Assembly: GCA_024637095.1 (NCBI GenBank)
Contig: JAGXFV010000024.1
Coordinates: 770 to 64,769, forward strand
Source: Actinomycetes bacterium
GTDB taxonomy: Bacteria > Actinomycetota > Thermoleophilia > RBG-16-64-13
Length of the DNA stretch: 64,000 nt
Direction: 5' to 3'
The notes under the pieces are model-generated. The model did not search any database. It saw only the letters and a program-made list of their open reading frames with translations, and was not told the DNA's origin. The position numbers and the translations under genes are program-made. Within the stretch, counting starts at the first letter, position 1; each line of letters starts with the position of its first letter. Below are positions 1 through 10,787 of this stretch, in pieces.

Positions 1-1916
1 GGCCGCGACCCTTCCTTTGCTGAGAATAACCACCCTGTCGGCCACGCGGGCGACCTCTTCCAGGTCGTGCGACGTGAAGAGCAGAGCGCGCTCCCCCTTA
101 CGCCAGCCCTGCAGGTACCGCATCAGACGAGTCCGGCCCTGGGGGTCCAGGCCCGCACCCGGCTCATCCAGGATCAGTAGAACGGGGTCGAGGGAAAGCA
201 CGCCGGCCAGCGCTACCCGCCTCTGCTCGCCCAGCGAGAGCGCGTGCGGGGACCGCCGGCGATACGAATCGTCTAGACCCACCGCCTCCATGGCGGCAAC
301 CACCCGTTGCTCCACCCGGGCTTCGCTGAGCCCCGCCATCCGCGGGGCCACCGCGATGTCCCCCTCGACGGTGGCTGCGAACAACTGGAACTCGGGACGC
401 TGAAAAACCATGCCGATGTCCCCGCGGCGCAGGGTGGACACCGTCCCGGAGGTAGGCGGCAGCAGACCGGCGATCAGTTGGAGCAGCGTGCTCTTACCCG
501 CCGCCGTACCCCCGAGCACCGCAGTGATGGCCCGCGGCTGGAGGTCGAGGTTGATGGCCTCAAGGGCCTCCCGGGCCATGGGCATACCCGGGTTGTACAC
601 CACTCCGGCGCGACGCAGAGAAACCAGAGGGGCCGCCGAAGGCTCACCCGACCGGAAGGGTGCCGCCGCCGCGTCCCGCTCGGGCTCCGCCGCCGCGTCC
701 GCGTCAGGTGCCTTCGGGATAGCCGGAGACTCGCCGGGCGGGGGCTCTCTGGGCGGGAAGTCCGGCGCGCCGCCAAGCTCGTGCAAGGCCCGGGCCAGTG
801 CCCCCTCATCCAGAGGGGCGGTCGCCTTCCTGCCCAATTGGGCAACCAGTGGGCCCAGCCGAGGCCGTGGCCCGGTCGGCCCAGAGGCCCCGGTCGGCCC
901 AGAGGGACCGGGCGGCCCAGAGGGCCCGGGTGGCTCAGACGGCCCGGTCGGCCCAGACGGCCCGGTCGGCCCAGACGGTCCGGTCGACGGCGAGGACTCC
1001 GTCCGCTCCTGCGGCCCCATGGGCGCCGGGGACCCGGTCGGCTCGACCTCGTGCGCCGGAACGTCCGCTCCGGCGCGTCTCTCCTCTTCCGTGGCGGGCT
1101 TCAGAGCGCGCGCCATCTCCAGGGAAAAGGTCATGACCGGCGGAAGTCCCAGCGGATAACGCTGCACCTCCTCCGACCGAAAGAACTGATCCGGCCGCCC
1201 TTCCCAGCCCATCCGACCGCCTGAGAGCACGTAGAGCCGGTCGGCCGGCAGGGTTTCCTCAGCCAGTTGGGTGACGAAGACCACACCGATGCCACGGTCG
1301 GTCATCCGCCTCACCAGCCGGATCACCTCGCGCCTGCCGCGATGGTCCAGCATGGAAGTGGGTTCGTCCAGGATGAGGACGGAGGGCTCGAGCACCAGGA
1401 CCGCGGCCAGCGCCAGCCGCTGGCGCTGGCCGCCGGAAAGCAGATGCGGCTCCGTGCCGGCTTCGGCCGTCAGGTCCAGGTCGGCGAGGGCCGCGGCCAC
1501 CCGATCCTGCATCTCCAGGCGGGGAACGCCCAGATTCTCAAGGCCGAAAGCGACGTCGTCCGCCACCGTGGCGCCCACGATCTGGTCATCGGGGTTCTGG
1601 AAGACCAGGCCCACCCGCGCGCAGATGTCGGGTCGCACCGCGGGATCGTCGGTCCGCATCCCGCCGACCTCGACCCACCCTTCCTCCGGCAACAACAGGC
1701 CATTGGCAAGCCGGGCGAGCGTGGTCTTTCCCGAGCCGTTACCCCCCATGACCGCCACGATCTCTCCGGAATGGACACGAAGGTCGACCGCGCTCAGCGC
1801 CGGCCGGCTCCCGCCGGGGTAGCTGTAGCCCACGCCGGCAAAGCGAAGCGCCGGGGCGTTCCCGCTCCCGGCGCTATTTCTCACGAGCCGCTCGGTAGTT
1901 CCAATGCGGCCGGTCA
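1..1916 (-). CDS. Fused tandem ABC ATPase of an energy-coupling-factor (ECF) transporter, EcfA1-EcfA2 type. The 3' end runs off the window. The N-terminal domain carries FQNPDDQ and the C-terminal domain carries FQRPEFQLF, each with Walker A and LSGGQ motifs. They are joined by a Pro/Gly/Ser/Thr low-complexity linker of about 150 aa.
   Basis: Manual translation of the reverse complement. ATG at 1916..1914 gives MTGRIGTTE...GNGSGKTTLARL...LSGGQRQRLALA...; the second domain has GGTAAGKSTLLQ...LSLGEQRRVALA...EEVARVADRVVILSKGRVAA at position 1. It is absent from the ORF track because it is cut by the window edge. It sits immediately downstream of rplQ, as in the Firmicutes rplQ-ecfA arrangement. 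Confidence 0.8.
845..990. repeat. Imperfect tandem 9-nt/18-nt repeats (ggcccggtcggcccagacg...) that encode the collagen-like (GP[ST])n stretch of the EcfA linker
   Basis: Direct reading: repeated units ggcccagaggccccggtcggcccagagggaccgggcggcccagagggcccgggtggctcagacggcccggtcggcccagacggcccggtcggcccagacggtccggtc. On the minus strand these give PSGPTGPSGPTGPSEPPGPSGPPGPSGPTGASGPTGP. Confidence 0.75.
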
Positions 1917-1951
1917 TCTCTGCAACAAAGCTCGGCTGAGTTTAAGACCGC

Positions 1952-2302
1952 CTAGACCAGCTCGAGATACACCATCTCAGCGGCGTCTCCCTGACGAGGC
2001 CCCAGCTTGAGAATCCTAGTGTAGCCCCCGGGCCGGTCCGCGTAACGCGGCCCGATCTCGTTGAACAGATCGTAGGTGACCTTCTTGTTCCGGAGCGTGC
2101 TGATAGCCACGCGGCGATGATGCAACCCGCCTGACTTGCCAAGGGTGATCATCTTCTCCACCAGCGGCTTGACCTCTTTGGCCTTTGCCTCCGTGGTCTT
2201 CACCCGCCCGTGCTCGAGCACGGAACAGGCCAGGTTGGCCAGCAGCTGACGCCTATGGTCGGGCTGCATCCCGAACTTCCGCCCCTTCTTCTTATGCCTC
2301 AC
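1952..2302 (-). CDS. rplQ: 50S ribosomal protein L17
   Basis: 116 aa, MRHKKKGRKFG...RRVAISTLRNKKVTYDLF...GGYTRILKLG. Confidence 0.95.
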   Translation of the reverse strand: MRHKKKGRKFGMQPDHRRQLLANLACSVLEHGRVKTTEAKAKEVKPLVEKMITLGKSGGLHHRRVAISTLRNKKVTYDLFNEIGPRYADRPGGYTRILKLGPRQGDAAEMVYLELV

Positions 2303-3465
2303 GACGCCTCTCCGTCTTCACTCTCGTCGGTGTCCGTCGAGGACAAACCGGATTCATTGCCTTCAGATAGATCCTCGCCCCGCAGGTGCAGTCCGCGCTC
2401 GGTCAGGCGCTCACGCACCTCTTCAATACTCTTCTTGCCGAAGTTGGGGATATTGAGGAGTTCCGCTTCGCTCTTGGACATCAGGTCGCCGACCGTCTCC
2501 ACGCCCTCGCGCTTGAGGCAATTATACGACCGCACGCCGAGCTCCAGCTCCTCGATCAGCATGTCGTCCTGCTCGGAGCGACCCGAGTCGCCGGTGTACT
2601 TGGCCCTGAGGTAGTCCTCGAGTTCGCCGACCTGAGCTTCGCCCAGCAAGACGATGCTCGACAAACGTCCGTGCTCCCACAGGCGCAGCAGTTCATCTTC
2701 GGAATCAACGCCGGACTCGCGCAGCGCGCTCTTGGCCGCCTCGGAAACCAACAAGTTGTCCGGGAAGCTCTCGCGCTCGGGCTCGGGCACGTCGCCAAAG
2801 AGGCGCAGGTGCTCCTGCAGGATCATGGCGGCGCCGCGCAGCGCCTCCCAGGGATCGAGCGCCCCGTTGGTCTCGACCTCGAGGGTGAGCTTGTCGAAGT
2901 CGGTCCGTTGACCGACGCGGGCGGGTTCCACTTGATAGGAAACCCGGGAAACCGGCGAGAAGATGGAGTCGATGGGGATGACCCCCAGCACCGACTCGTC
3001 ACTCTTGTTGTCGTTCGCGGAGGCGTAGCCCCGGCCGCGGCGAACCGTCAGCACGAGGTCCAGCTGCGCCCCTTCTTCAAGCGTGGCGATGTGGGCGTCC
3101 GGATTGACGACCTCGAGGTTCGAGGGCGTGTCGATATCACCAGCGGTAATGGCTCCCGGCCCCTCACGTACGAGATCCACCTGCATCTCGTTGTCCTCGC
3201 CGTGCATGACGAAGACCACCCGCTTGAGGTTCAGAATGATGTCGGTGACATCCTCCTTGACACCCCGCACCGACGAGAACTCGTGAGCAACTCCGTCGAT
3301 CTTGACCGCTGAAATCGCGGCTCCCTCGAGGGACGACAGGAGCACCCGGCGAAGGGAGTTGCCGAAGGTGTAGCCGAACCCCCGATCGAGCGGCTCGACC
3401 ACGAACGTCCCGTGGTTGTCTTCGACCTGCTCAGAGGTGATCTTAGGGGAATAGAAATCTAGCAA
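2299..3465 (-). CDS. rpoA: DNA-directed RNA polymerase subunit alpha. The C-terminal HhH domain (alpha-CTD) is followed by a short acidic tail.
   Basis: 388 aa, MLDFYSPKITSEQV...; CTD VRSYNCLKREGVETVGDLMSKSEAELLNIPNFGKKSIEEVRERL; tail STDTDESEDGEAS. Confidence 0.95.
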   Translation of the reverse strand: MLDFYSPKITSEQVEDNHGTFVVEPLDRGFGYTFGNSLRRVLLSSLEGAAISAVKIDGVAHEFSSVRGVKEDVTDIILNLKRVVFVMHGEDNEMQVDLVREGPGAITAGDIDTPSNLEVVNPDAHIATLEEGAQLDLVLTVRRGRGYASANDNKSDESVLGVIPIDSIFSPVSRVSYQVEPARVGQRTDFDKLTLEVETNGALDPWEALRGAAMILQEHLRLFGDVPEPERESFPDNLLVSEAAKSALRESGVDSEDELLRLWEHGRLSSIVLLGEAQVGELEDYLRAKYTGDSGRSEQDDMLIEELELGVRSYNCLKREGVETVGDLMSKSEAELLNIPNFGKKSIEEVRERLTERGLHLRGEDLSEGNESGLSSTDTDESEDGEAS

Positions 3466-3519
3466 CCGTCCTCCAGTTTCCTAACGTATCCAGCTCCGAC
3501 CGCTACGCGAGCGCCCGGA

Positions 3520-4146
3520 CTACTTGGAGTAGAGCTCGATGATGAGCTGCTCCTGCACCGGCACGTCGATGTCCTCCCGGTCGGGAAGGCGCAGCACCTT
3601 GCCGGCAAGAGTGTCGTGGTCTGCCTGTAGCCAAGCTGGGACCGACGCGGTCAGATCCGTGGCTTCCTCGATCACGTCCCGCAGAGTCTGATCGCTCTGC
3701 TTGAAGACGATCACATCCTCAGGACGAACGCGGTACGAGGGAATGTCCACCCGACGACCGTTGACCTCGAAGTGACCGTGCATCACCAACTGACGAGCCT
3801 GCCGCCGCGAGGCTCCGAAACCGAGGCGGTACACCACGTTGTCCAGCCGCGTCTCGATCAAACGCAACAGATTTTCGCCCGTAATTCCGGGTTGGCGCGC
3901 GGCCTTCTCGTAGTAGTTGCGGAACTGAGCTTCGAGCAGCCCGTAATAGCGCCGAGCCTTCTGCTTCTCCCGCAACTGCTGCAGGTACTCGGATTGCTTG
4001 CGCCGCCGGCCGCGACCGTGCTGACCGGGGGGATAGCCCCGCCGATCGATAGCGCACTTGTCTGTGAGGCACCGCTCGCCTTTGAGAAAGAGCTTGACGC
4101 CCTCCCGCCGGCACTGCTTGCACTGTGGTCCCGTATCTCTAGCCAT
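3520..4146 (-). CDS. rpsD: 30S ribosomal protein S4
   Basis: 208 aa, N-terminal Cys cluster [19 protein letters not shown]4 RNA-binding domain. Confidence 0.95.
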   Translation of the reverse strand: MARDTGPQCKQCRREGVKLFLKGERCLTDKCAIDRRGYPPGQHGRGRRRKQSEYLQQLREKQKARRYYGLLEAQFRNYYEKAARQPGITGENLLRLIETRLDNVVYRLGFGASRRQARQLVMHGHFEVNGRRVDIPSYRVRPEDVIVFKQSDQTLRDVIEEATDLTASVPAWLQADHDTLAGKVLRLPDREDIDVPVQEQLIIELYSK

Positions 4147-4172
4147 TCGTTCTGACTCCGTTACTGCCGGCC

Positions 4173-4574
4173 CTACACCCGGCGCCGCTTCTTGGGGCGG
4201 CAGCCGTTGTGCGGGATGGGGGTGATGTCCTTAACACTGTTGACTTCCAGGCCGGTGGCCTGCAGGGAGCGAATTGCGGTCTCCCTGCCGCTTCCCGGCC
4301 CCTTGACGAACACATCGATCTTCTGGAGACCGTGCTCCATGCCGGCGCGGGCGGCGCGCTCGGCGGTCACCTGCGCGGCGAAAGGTGTGGACTTACGCGA
4401 GCCCTTGAACCCGGCCGCTCCGGCCGTCGCCCAGGCGATCACGTTGCCTTCCTTGTCCGTCAGGGTGACAACGGTGTTGTTGAAGGACGTCTTGACGTAG
4501 GCGTTGCCGACGGCGATGTTCTTGCGCACCTTGCGCCGCCGCGTTCGCGCGCCCCGCTTTACCGGTTTTGCCAT
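4173..4574 (-). CDS. rpsK: 30S ribosomal protein S11
   Basis: 133 aa ...[18 protein letters not shown]...[14 protein letters not shown]. Confidence 0.95.
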   Translation of the reverse strand: MAKPVKRGARTRRRKVRKNIAVGNAYVKTSFNNTVVTLTDKEGNVIAWATAGAAGFKGSRKSTPFAAQVTAERAARAGMEHGLQKIDVFVKGPGSGRETAIRSLQATGLEVNSVKDITPIPHNGCRPKKRRRV

Positions 4575-4631
4575 GAACCTCTCTCCGCTTCGTTCCGGTT
4601 GAGTCAGTCAGTCGAGTCTCGGCGGACCAGC

Positions 4632-5009
4632 CTAGACCCGCACCTTTTTCTTCATACCGACCGTCGGCTTGTGCCCCTTGCGGACACGAGCGTTGGTCTT
4701 GGTCCTCTGGCCGCGTACGGGCAGACCACGCCGGTGGCGGATGCCCCGGTAACAGCCGATTTCCATGAGCCGCTTGATGTTCTGGCTGCGCTCACGGCGA
4801 AGATCACCCTCGACCAGGAAGGTGTCCTCCACGTAGTTGCGGAGGCGAATCTCCTCGTCCTCTGTCAGATCTTTGACCTTTGTGTCCGGATTGATCTGGG
4901 TGGCAGCAAGGGCCTTTTGGGCCGAGCTCTGTCCCACTCCGTACACATAGGTGAGTCCGATCTCCACCCGCTTGTCGCGGGGAAGGGTGACGCCAGCTAT
5001 CCGAGCCAT
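4632..5009 (-). CDS. rpsM: 30S ribosomal protein S13
   Basis: 125 aa [26 protein letters not shown]. Confidence 0.95.
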   Translation of the reverse strand: MARIAGVTLPRDKRVEIGLTYVYGVGQSSAQKALAATQINPDTKVKDLTEDEEIRLRNYVEDTFLVEGDLRRERSQNIKRLMEIGCYRGIRHRRGLPVRGQRTKTNARVRKGHKPTVGMKKKVRV

Positions 5010-5023
5010 CTATCCGCTCCTGG

Positions 5024-5137
5024 TTATCCCTGCCGCTGCTTATGGTTCGGGTTCTGGCAGATAACCAGCACCTGGCCCTTGCGGCGAATTACCTTGCACT
5101 TCTCGCACATCGGTTTGACCGACGCCCGTACCTTCAT
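5024..5137 (-). CDS. rpmJ: 50S ribosomal protein L36, zinc-ribbon form (C-x2-C-x12-C-x4-H)
   Basis: Manual translation of the minus strand: [37 protein letters not shown] (37 aa). Not in the ORF track because it is shorter than 60 aa. Confidence 0.9.
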   Translation of the reverse strand: MKVRASVKPMCEKCKVIRRKGQVLVICQNPNHKQRQG

Positions 5138-5230
5138 GATTCCGTTCCCCTCATCTCTATCCCTTCCCTCGACACAGACGGACCGCCCCGACTTCCGCCG
5201 GGCGGGCCGAGCGCACGTATCTCGGGCCTG

Positions 5231-5452
5231 TTACTTGAATCTATAGGTGATCCGGCCGCGCGTGAGGTCGTAAGGAGAAAGCTCGACCTTCACCCGGTCT
5301 CCCGGCAGAATCCGGATATAGTTCATCCGCATCTTGCCCGAGATGTGGGCCAGGATTTCGTGATCGTTGTCCAACCTCACCCGGAACATCGTGTTCGGGA
5401 GGGCTTCGACCACCACTCCTTCTAGCTCTATCGCATCTTCTTTAGGAGACAC
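5231..5452 (-). CDS. infA: Translation initiation factor IF-1
   Basis: 73 aa ...[47 protein letters not shown]. Confidence 0.95.
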   Translation of the reverse strand: MSPKEDAIELEGVVVEALPNTMFRVRLDNDHEILAHISGKMRMNYIRILPGDRVKVELSPYDLTRGRITYRFK

Positions 5453-5529
5453 CCTCGGCTCGTACCCCGTTCTTTCGTCAATCGGTCAAATCGCAGACCG
5501 AGCATATTACCACAACCGGAGCCCTCTTT

Positions 5530-6276
5530 TCAGACCGCCGTCAGCACCCGTGGACCATCGCTGGTTATTGCGACCGTGTGCTCGAAGTGCGCGGACAGCG
5601 TGCCGTCCCGCGTGTACACTGCCCAGCCGTCGTCACCCATCTCGACGTCGTAGCGCCCGGCGTTCACCATCGGCTCTATCGCCAGCACCATTCCTTCCAC
5701 CAGACGCGGACCCTTGCCCGGCGCGCCGAAGTTGGGCACCTGCGGGTCCTCGTGCATGTCCCGCCCGATGCCGTGACCAACCAGGCTGCGCACCACGGAG
5801 TACCCGCGTTCCTCAACGTAGGCCTGTACCGCGTAGGAGATGTCTCCCACCCGGTTACCTTCGCGGCACTGCTCAATCGCCCGGCCGAGCGACTCTCGCG
5901 TGGCCGCCATCAGGGAGGATGCGTCCTCGGAAACCTCCCCCACCGGCACCGTGATCGCAGAGTCGCCGACGTAGTCCTCCAGCGTCACGCCCACGTCGAT
6001 GCTGAGGATGTCACCCTCCGTCAAAGCGGCCTCTCCGGGAATGCCGTGCACAATCATGTCGTTGGACGAGGCACAGATCGAACTCGGAAAACCCCGGTAA
6101 CCCTTGAAGGTGGGAACCGCCCCGTGGCTGCGGATGTAATCCTCGGCCATGCGGTCGAGTTCAGCGGTGCTCACACCCGGATGCACCGCTGCGGCGAGTA
6201 TCTCCAGGCAGCCGCGGACCAGGCGCCCGGCGCGGGCCATCTTCTCGATCTCGGTGGCTGACTTACGGATGATCAC
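5530..6276 (-). CDS. map: Methionine aminopeptidase, type I
   Basis: 248 aa, pita-bread fold motifs ...VVHGIPG...DIGV...HGIGR...EPM. Confidence 0.9.
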   Translation of the reverse strand: MIIRKSATEIEKMARAGRLVRGCLEILAAAVHPGVSTAELDRMAEDYIRSHGAVPTFKGYRGFPSSICASSNDMIVHGIPGEAALTEGDILSIDVGVTLEDYVGDSAITVPVGEVSEDASSLMAATRESLGRAIEQCREGNRVGDISYAVQAYVEERGYSVVRSLVGHGIGRDMHEDPQVPNFGAPGKGPRLVEGMVLAIEPMVNAGRYDVEMGDDGWAVYTRDGTLSAHFEHTVAITSDGPRVLTAV

Positions 6277-6320
6277 TAGGTCTCGTCTCTGGTCTCGCGA
6301 TGGCCTCGGTTTCGGGTTGC

Positions 6321-6989
6321 CTACTCGGCGGGCCCGATCGCGGCCTTGATGTCCTCGTACACGTTGTCCGGCGTCTGCTGCCCGTCGATGCGCGCCACCA
6401 GTCCTTGCTCATCGTAGTAGTCGATCAACGGCTCGGTCTGCTCGGCGTAGACGTTCAGCCGGTTGCGCACTGTGCTCTCGGTGTCGTCGTCGCGTTGGAA
6501 GAGCTCGCCCCCGCACTTGTCGCAAACGCCCGCGCGTTGGGAGGGATTCCCGTACACGTGGTAAGGCGCCTGGCACTCGCGGCAGATCCTGCGTCCTGAG
6601 AGGCGCATGACCAGTTCTTCGTCCGGCACCAGCACCGCCACAACCCGGGAAACGTCTCGGCCCAACTCGGCGAGGCTCGCGTCAAGCGCCCCGGCCTGCG
6701 GAATCGTGCGCGGGAAGCCGTCCATCAAGAACCCTTCGGCCGTGTCCGGCTCCTGCAGGCGGTCTTTGACGATGCCGATCACGACCTCGTCGGGCACCAG
6801 CTCACCTGCGTCCATGTAGCGCTTGGCCTCTAACCCCATCTGCGTCTGGTTCTTGACGGCGGACCGCAGGATGTCTCCCGTAGAGATGTGCGGCAGACCG
6901 TAGTCTTCCACTATGCGGCTCGCCTGCGTTCCCTTGCCCGCGCCGGGGGGTCCCAGCAGTATCAGGTTGACCTGTGCCATGTCCCCCAT
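6321..6989 (-). CDS. adk: Adenylate kinase with a Zn-binding lid (CxxC...CxxC). The true start is probably M4 ([20 protein letters not shown]).
   Basis: P-loop [10 protein letters not shown]; lid [10 protein letters not shown]...CDKCGGEL. Confidence 0.93.
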   Translation of the reverse strand: MGDMAQVNLILLGPPGAGKGTQASRIVEDYGLPHISTGDILRSAVKNQTQMGLEAKRYMDAGELVPDEVVIGIVKDRLQEPDTAEGFLMDGFPRTIPQAGALDASLAELGRDVSRVVAVLVPDEELVMRLSGRRICRECQAPYHVYGNPSQRAGVCDKCGGELFQRDDDTESTVRNRLNVYAEQTEPLIDYYDEQGLVARIDGQQTPDNVYEDIKAAIGPAE

Positions 6990-7006
6990 GTCCCCCTCTC
7001 GCTCGC

Positions 7007-8260
7007 CTACTTGAGGAATCCCTCGTAATGCCGCATCAGCAACTGCGACTCCATCTGCTTCATGGTGTCGAGCGCGACCCCGATGACGATCAGCAGGGAG
7101 GTCCCGCCGAAGAAGAAGGGCACTCCCATGAACCGGATCAGCAGCGTGGGCAACACCACGATGGCCGCCAGGAATAGGGCTCCGGGCAGAGTGATCCGGG
7201 TGAGGACGCGGTCCAGATACTGCGCCGTGGGCCGGCCCGGACGAATCCCGGGGATGAAACCCCCATGCTTACGCAGGTTGTCGGCCTGATCGAGCGGGTT
7301 GAACTGCACCGCCGTATAAAAATAGGTGAACAGGATGATCAGCAGCACCTCGACGGCCAGATACGCCCAGCTACCCGGGCCGATGGTGGTCGCGGCGGTC
7401 TGCGCCCAATCCCAGGGGGTCATCTGGGCCAGGGTCACCGGGAAGAGCATCACCGCGGAAGCGAAGATGACCGGGATAACACCCGCCATGTTCACCCTGA
7501 GGGGCAGATACGTGCTCTGCCCACCGTACATCTTGCGGCCCACCACCCGCTTGGCGTATTGGATCGGAATGCGCCGCTGGCCCTCCTGCACCATGATGAT
7601 CGCCACGATAACGCCGAGAGCGATGAGCGCCATGACCAACCATTCGAGCGGGTTCATCACCCGGATCATGTTGTAGAGCCCGCCCGGCAGCGCCGAGATG
7701 ATGCTTGCGAAGATGATCAGGGAGATGCCGTTACCGATGCCGCGCTGAGTGATCAGTTCGCCCAGCCACATGACCAGACCGGCACCCACCGTCAGGGTGA
7801 AGACGATCAGATAGAACTTGTAGGGCGTCAGCGGGTTCTCAGGCGGAAACGCACCCTGCGTCCGGAAGAGAAACACGAAGGCAATCGCCTGGACCAAGGA
7901 CAGCACGATGGTCGTATACCGGGTGTACTGATTGATCTTCTTGGCCCCGGATTCCCCTTCCTTGGCGATGGCCTCCAGTTGCGGGATGACCGTCGTCAGC
8001 AGGGTAAAGATGATCGACGCCGTGATGTACGGCATGATCCCCAGCGCGAAGACGGCCACGCGCTCGAAGGCGCCGCCGGCCAGCACGTTGAAGAAGCCAA
8101 AGACCCCACCGCCTTGGATGAGGTCCGAGATGGCCCCGAGATCAACACCGGGAACAGGCACGAACGACCCGAACCGGTAAAGGGCGATGATGAACGCCGT
8201 GAACAGCAGGCGGGTCCGAAGATCCGGCAGCTTCCAGGCGTTCAACAGTGATTGCAGCAT
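7007..8260 (-). CDS. secY: Preprotein translocase subunit SecY
   Basis: 417 aa, 10 TM, MLQSLLNAWKLPDLRTRLLFT... Confidence 0.95.
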   Translation of the reverse strand: MLQSLLNAWKLPDLRTRLLFTAFIIALYRFGSFVPVPGVDLGAISDLIQGGGVFGFFNVLAGGAFERVAVFALGIMPYITASIIFTLLTTVIPQLEAIAKEGESGAKKINQYTRYTTIVLSLVQAIAFVFLFRTQGAFPPENPLTPYKFYLIVFTLTVGAGLVMWLGELITQRGIGNGISLIIFASIISALPGGLYNMIRVMNPLEWLVMALIALGVIVAIIMVQEGQRRIPIQYAKRVVGRKMYGGQSTYLPLRVNMAGVIPVIFASAVMLFPVTLAQMTPWDWAQTAATTIGPGSWAYLAVEVLLIILFTYFYTAVQFNPLDQADNLRKHGGFIPGIRPGRPTAQYLDRVLTRITLPGALFLAAIVVLPTLLIRFMGVPFFFGGTSLLIVIGVALDTMKQMESQLLMRHYEGFLK

Positions 8261-8314
8261 CTGTTACTCCACTCTTCGAGTACGGCTCGGCCGGCTACGG
8301 GAGGCCGCGGGGAG

Positions 8315-8791
8315 CTAGAGCTCCTCGCAGGTGCCACCCGCTTCCTCGATCTTACGCTTGGCGGAAGCGCTGAAGCCGTGGGCCTTCACGGTCAGGGCCC
8401 GGTTCAGCTCGCCTTCGCCCAGAATCTTGACGCGCTCGTCGGCCTTCTTCACGATGCCCTTCTCGAGCAGGGCCTCGGGGGTCACCTCGGTACCCGCCTC
8501 GAACGCCTCGAGCCGGTTGAGATTGACCGGCACCATGTACGTCCTGAAGGGACCAATGGGCATCGCGTCCTTGCTGTGAGGGCCGCGGAGTTTGGGCACC
8601 CGCATGTGCAGCGGCATCTGCCCACCCTCATACCGAGAGGAAATCTGTCCGCCGGAGCGGGCCTTCGAGCCCTTGTGGCCGCGGCCGGAGGTCTTGCCGG
8701 TGCCCGAGCCGTGCCCGCGACCCACCCGCTTGCGCTTGGTGCGCGAGCCCTCGTTCGGGCGCAGCTCGTGTAGAAATACTTCGTCAGCCAT
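8315..8791 (-). CDS. rplO: 50S ribosomal protein L15
   Basis: 158 aa ...[20 protein letters not shown]. Confidence 0.93.
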   Translation of the reverse strand: MADEVFLHELRPNEGSRTKRKRVGRGHGSGTGKTSGRGHKGSKARSGGQISSRYEGGQMPLHMRVPKLRGPHSKDAMPIGPFRTYMVPVNLNRLEAFEAGTEVTPEALLEKGIVKKADERVKILGEGELNRALTVKAHGFSASAKRKIEEAGGTCEEL

Positions 8792-8794
8792 CGG

Positions 8795-9259
8795 CTATTC
8801 CTTGTTCTCGGCTTCCGTCTCGTCTTCGTCTTCGGCGGGTTCCTCTTCGGGTCCCTCCGCCTCGATGGATTCCCGCGACTCCTCCGGGGATTTCTTCTCT
8901 TCCGAAGGCTGTTCCACCTCGGGCAGGGCCTCGGGAGCCGGTTCTTCGGTGGGCTCGGGCTGCTGAGCGGGCGCTTGGGCTTCAGGCCGCTCGGCAGGCT
9001 TCTCGGCCTCCGCTTCGGCTGTGGACTTCACCGTTACCCCCGGTGCCGGATCGGGCGCCTTTTGCTCCGCGCCCGCCTGCTTGGAGGTTACCTCACTCAC
9101 CTCGAGCATGTAGTAGATCTTTTGGATCATCCCGCGGATCACCTGGCTGTCCTCGTGATAGACCGTCTGGCCCGGGCGCCGAAGGCCCAGGGCGCGCAGG
9201 GTGTCCTTGTGATCCTGCTTGCGCCGGATGGCGCTCTTAACCTGGATTATCTTCAGCAT
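8795..9259 (-). CDS. rpmD: 50S ribosomal protein L30 (N-terminal ~60 aa) followed by a ~95-aa Pro/Glu/Ala-rich acidic C-terminal extension
   Basis: MLKIIQVKSAIRRKQDHKDTLRALGLRRPGQTVYHEDSQVIRGMIQKIYYMLEV, then SEVTSKQAGAEQKAPDPAPG...EPAEDEDETEAENKE. Confidence 0.85.
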   Translation of the reverse strand: MLKIIQVKSAIRRKQDHKDTLRALGLRRPGQTVYHEDSQVIRGMIQKIYYMLEVSEVTSKQAGAEQKAPDPAPGVTVKSTAEAEAEKPAERPEAQAPAQQPEPTEEPAPEALPEVEQPSEEKKSPEESRESIEAEGPEEEPAEDEDETEAENKE

Positions 9260-9265
9260 CGTCCG

Positions 9266-9844
9266 CTACTCCTCGCCCGCCGCCGCAACCGCCTGAGTTT
9301 CGGCGCCAGCGGACTCAGGCTCCTGCTCGGTCGGGTGCTTCTCCATGCCGAGGACCTCGCGGACCGTCTTGCCTCTCAGGCGGGCGATTTCTTCGGGCCG
9401 GCGCAGCGAGCGCAGGCCTTCCTCGGCCGCCCGAACCATGTTGATCGGATTGGTGGTGCCGAGGCACTTGGTCAGCACGTCGCGCACGCCGCCCAGTTCC
9501 AGTACCGCACGCACGCCGCCTCCGGCGATGACCCCGGTACCCGGGGAAGCCGGCTTCAGCAGGACCTTGCCCGCACCGTAGCGACCCACGATGGCGTGAG
9601 TGATCGTGCTGCCGTGCTTGGGCACGACAAACAGGTTCTTCTTGGCGTCGTCGATGGCTTTCTGGATGGCAAGCGGTACTTCCTTGGCCTTGCCATAACC
9701 CACGCCCACGACGCCCTCGCCGTCACCCACAGCCACGAGAGCCGTGAAGGAGAACCGCCGACCGCCTTTTACGACCTTGGCGACGCGGTTGATCTCGATC
9801 ACGTTCTCCTGCAGGTTCAGCGCGTCCGCCTTGATCTGTGACAC
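9266..9844 (-). CDS. rpsE: 30S ribosomal protein S5
   Basis: 192 aa; dsRBD-like N-terminal domain, ...[17 protein letters not shown]... Confidence 0.93.
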   Translation of the reverse strand: MSQIKADALNLQENVIEINRVAKVVKGGRRFSFTALVAVGDGEGVVGVGYGKAKEVPLAIQKAIDDAKKNLFVVPKHGSTITHAIVGRYGAGKVLLKPASPGTGVIAGGGVRAVLELGGVRDVLTKCLGTTNPINMVRAAEEGLRSLRRPEEIARLRGKTVREVLGMEKHPTEQEPESAGAETQAVAAAGEE

Positions 9845-9862
9845 TGCGTTCCCTTTCCCTTC

Positions 9863-10219
9863 TTAGAAGCTCAGGCCGGCTTCGCGTGCCGCGTCCGCCA
9901 GGGCCTTGACCCGCCCGTGGTACAGATACGAACCGCGATCGAACACGACCTGCTCGATTCCGGCCGCTTTGGCCCGCTCGGCGAGCAGCGAGCCCACCTT
10001 GGCGGCCTGCGCTTTCTTGTCTTCGGCAGATGCCTCGACACCGGCGGGACCGGCGCTTGCAAGCGTGGTCCCGGTCGTGTCGTCGATGACCTGCGCCCAT
10101 ATGCCGCGGTTGGAGCGGAACACAGTCAGGCGAGGGCGCTGCGGAGTGCCCTTCACCTTGCTGCGCACCCGCACCGCACGCCGCCGGGCGGCCAGTTTTT
10201 TCTTCTTTAGTACGCTCAT
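9863..10219 (-). CDS. rplR: 50S ribosomal protein L18
   Basis: 118 aa ...[20 protein letters not shown]. Confidence 0.93.
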   Translation of the reverse strand: MSVLKKKKLAARRRAVRVRSKVKGTPQRPRLTVFRSNRGIWAQVIDDTTGTTLASAGPAGVEASAEDKKAQAAKVGSLLAERAKAAGIEQVVFDRGSYLYHGRVKALADAAREAGLSF

Positions 10220-10247
10220 CGTCCTCGGTCAGTTCTTTCGTTGGTTG

Positions 10248-10781
10248 CTAAGCGCGCTTGCCGACCTTGCGGCGGACGTACTCGCCCTGGTACCGGATGC
10301 CTTTGCCCTTGTAGGGCTCAGGCTTGCGGATGGCTCGGATGTTAGCGGCCACCTGGCCGACCTTCTGCTTGTCGATACCCCGCACCACGACCTGCGTCGG
10401 AGCCGGGACTTCGAACTCGATCCCCTCGGGCGCATCCACGAGCACGGGGTGAGAGTAACCCACCTGCACCTCGAGGTCCTTGCCCTTGAGCGCGGCGCGG
10501 TAGCCGACGCCCACGATCTCTAGGCGCTTCTCGTAGCCCACGGTGACTCCCGCGACCATGTTGGCCAACAGGCTCCGCGTCAGGCCATGCAGCGCCCGAT
10601 GCTCCTTGGCTTCGCTCGGCCGCGACACCTTGAGGTTGTCGTCCTCGAGAGCGACCAGCATATCGGGATGTACTTGCTGTTCCAGCTGACCCTTGGGCCC
10701 CTTGACGCTCACCACGCTGCCGTTGATGGCCACGTCGACGCCTTGAGGTACAGCTATGGGTGCATTTCCAATTCTAGACAT
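10248..10781 (-). CDS. rplF: 50S ribosomal protein L6
   Basis: 177 aa [17 protein letters not shown]. Confidence 0.93.
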   Translation of the reverse strand: MSRIGNAPIAVPQGVDVAINGSVVSVKGPKGQLEQQVHPDMLVALEDDNLKVSRPSEAKEHRALHGLTRSLLANMVAGVTVGYEKRLEIVGVGYRAALKGKDLEVQVGYSHPVLVDAPEGIEFEVPAPTQVVVRGIDKQKVGQVAANIRAIRKPEPYKGKGIRYQGEYVRRKVGKRA

Positions 10782-10787
10782 ATTGCC

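Noticed and set aside
307-1224. Plus-strand ORFs 17-403, 307-1224, 410-1159 and 798-1136 at the window start
   Set aside because: The minus strand here encodes a clean tandem ABC ATPase (Walker A/B, LSGGQ). The plus-strand frames are Pro/Arg/Gly-rich artefacts of the repeat region.
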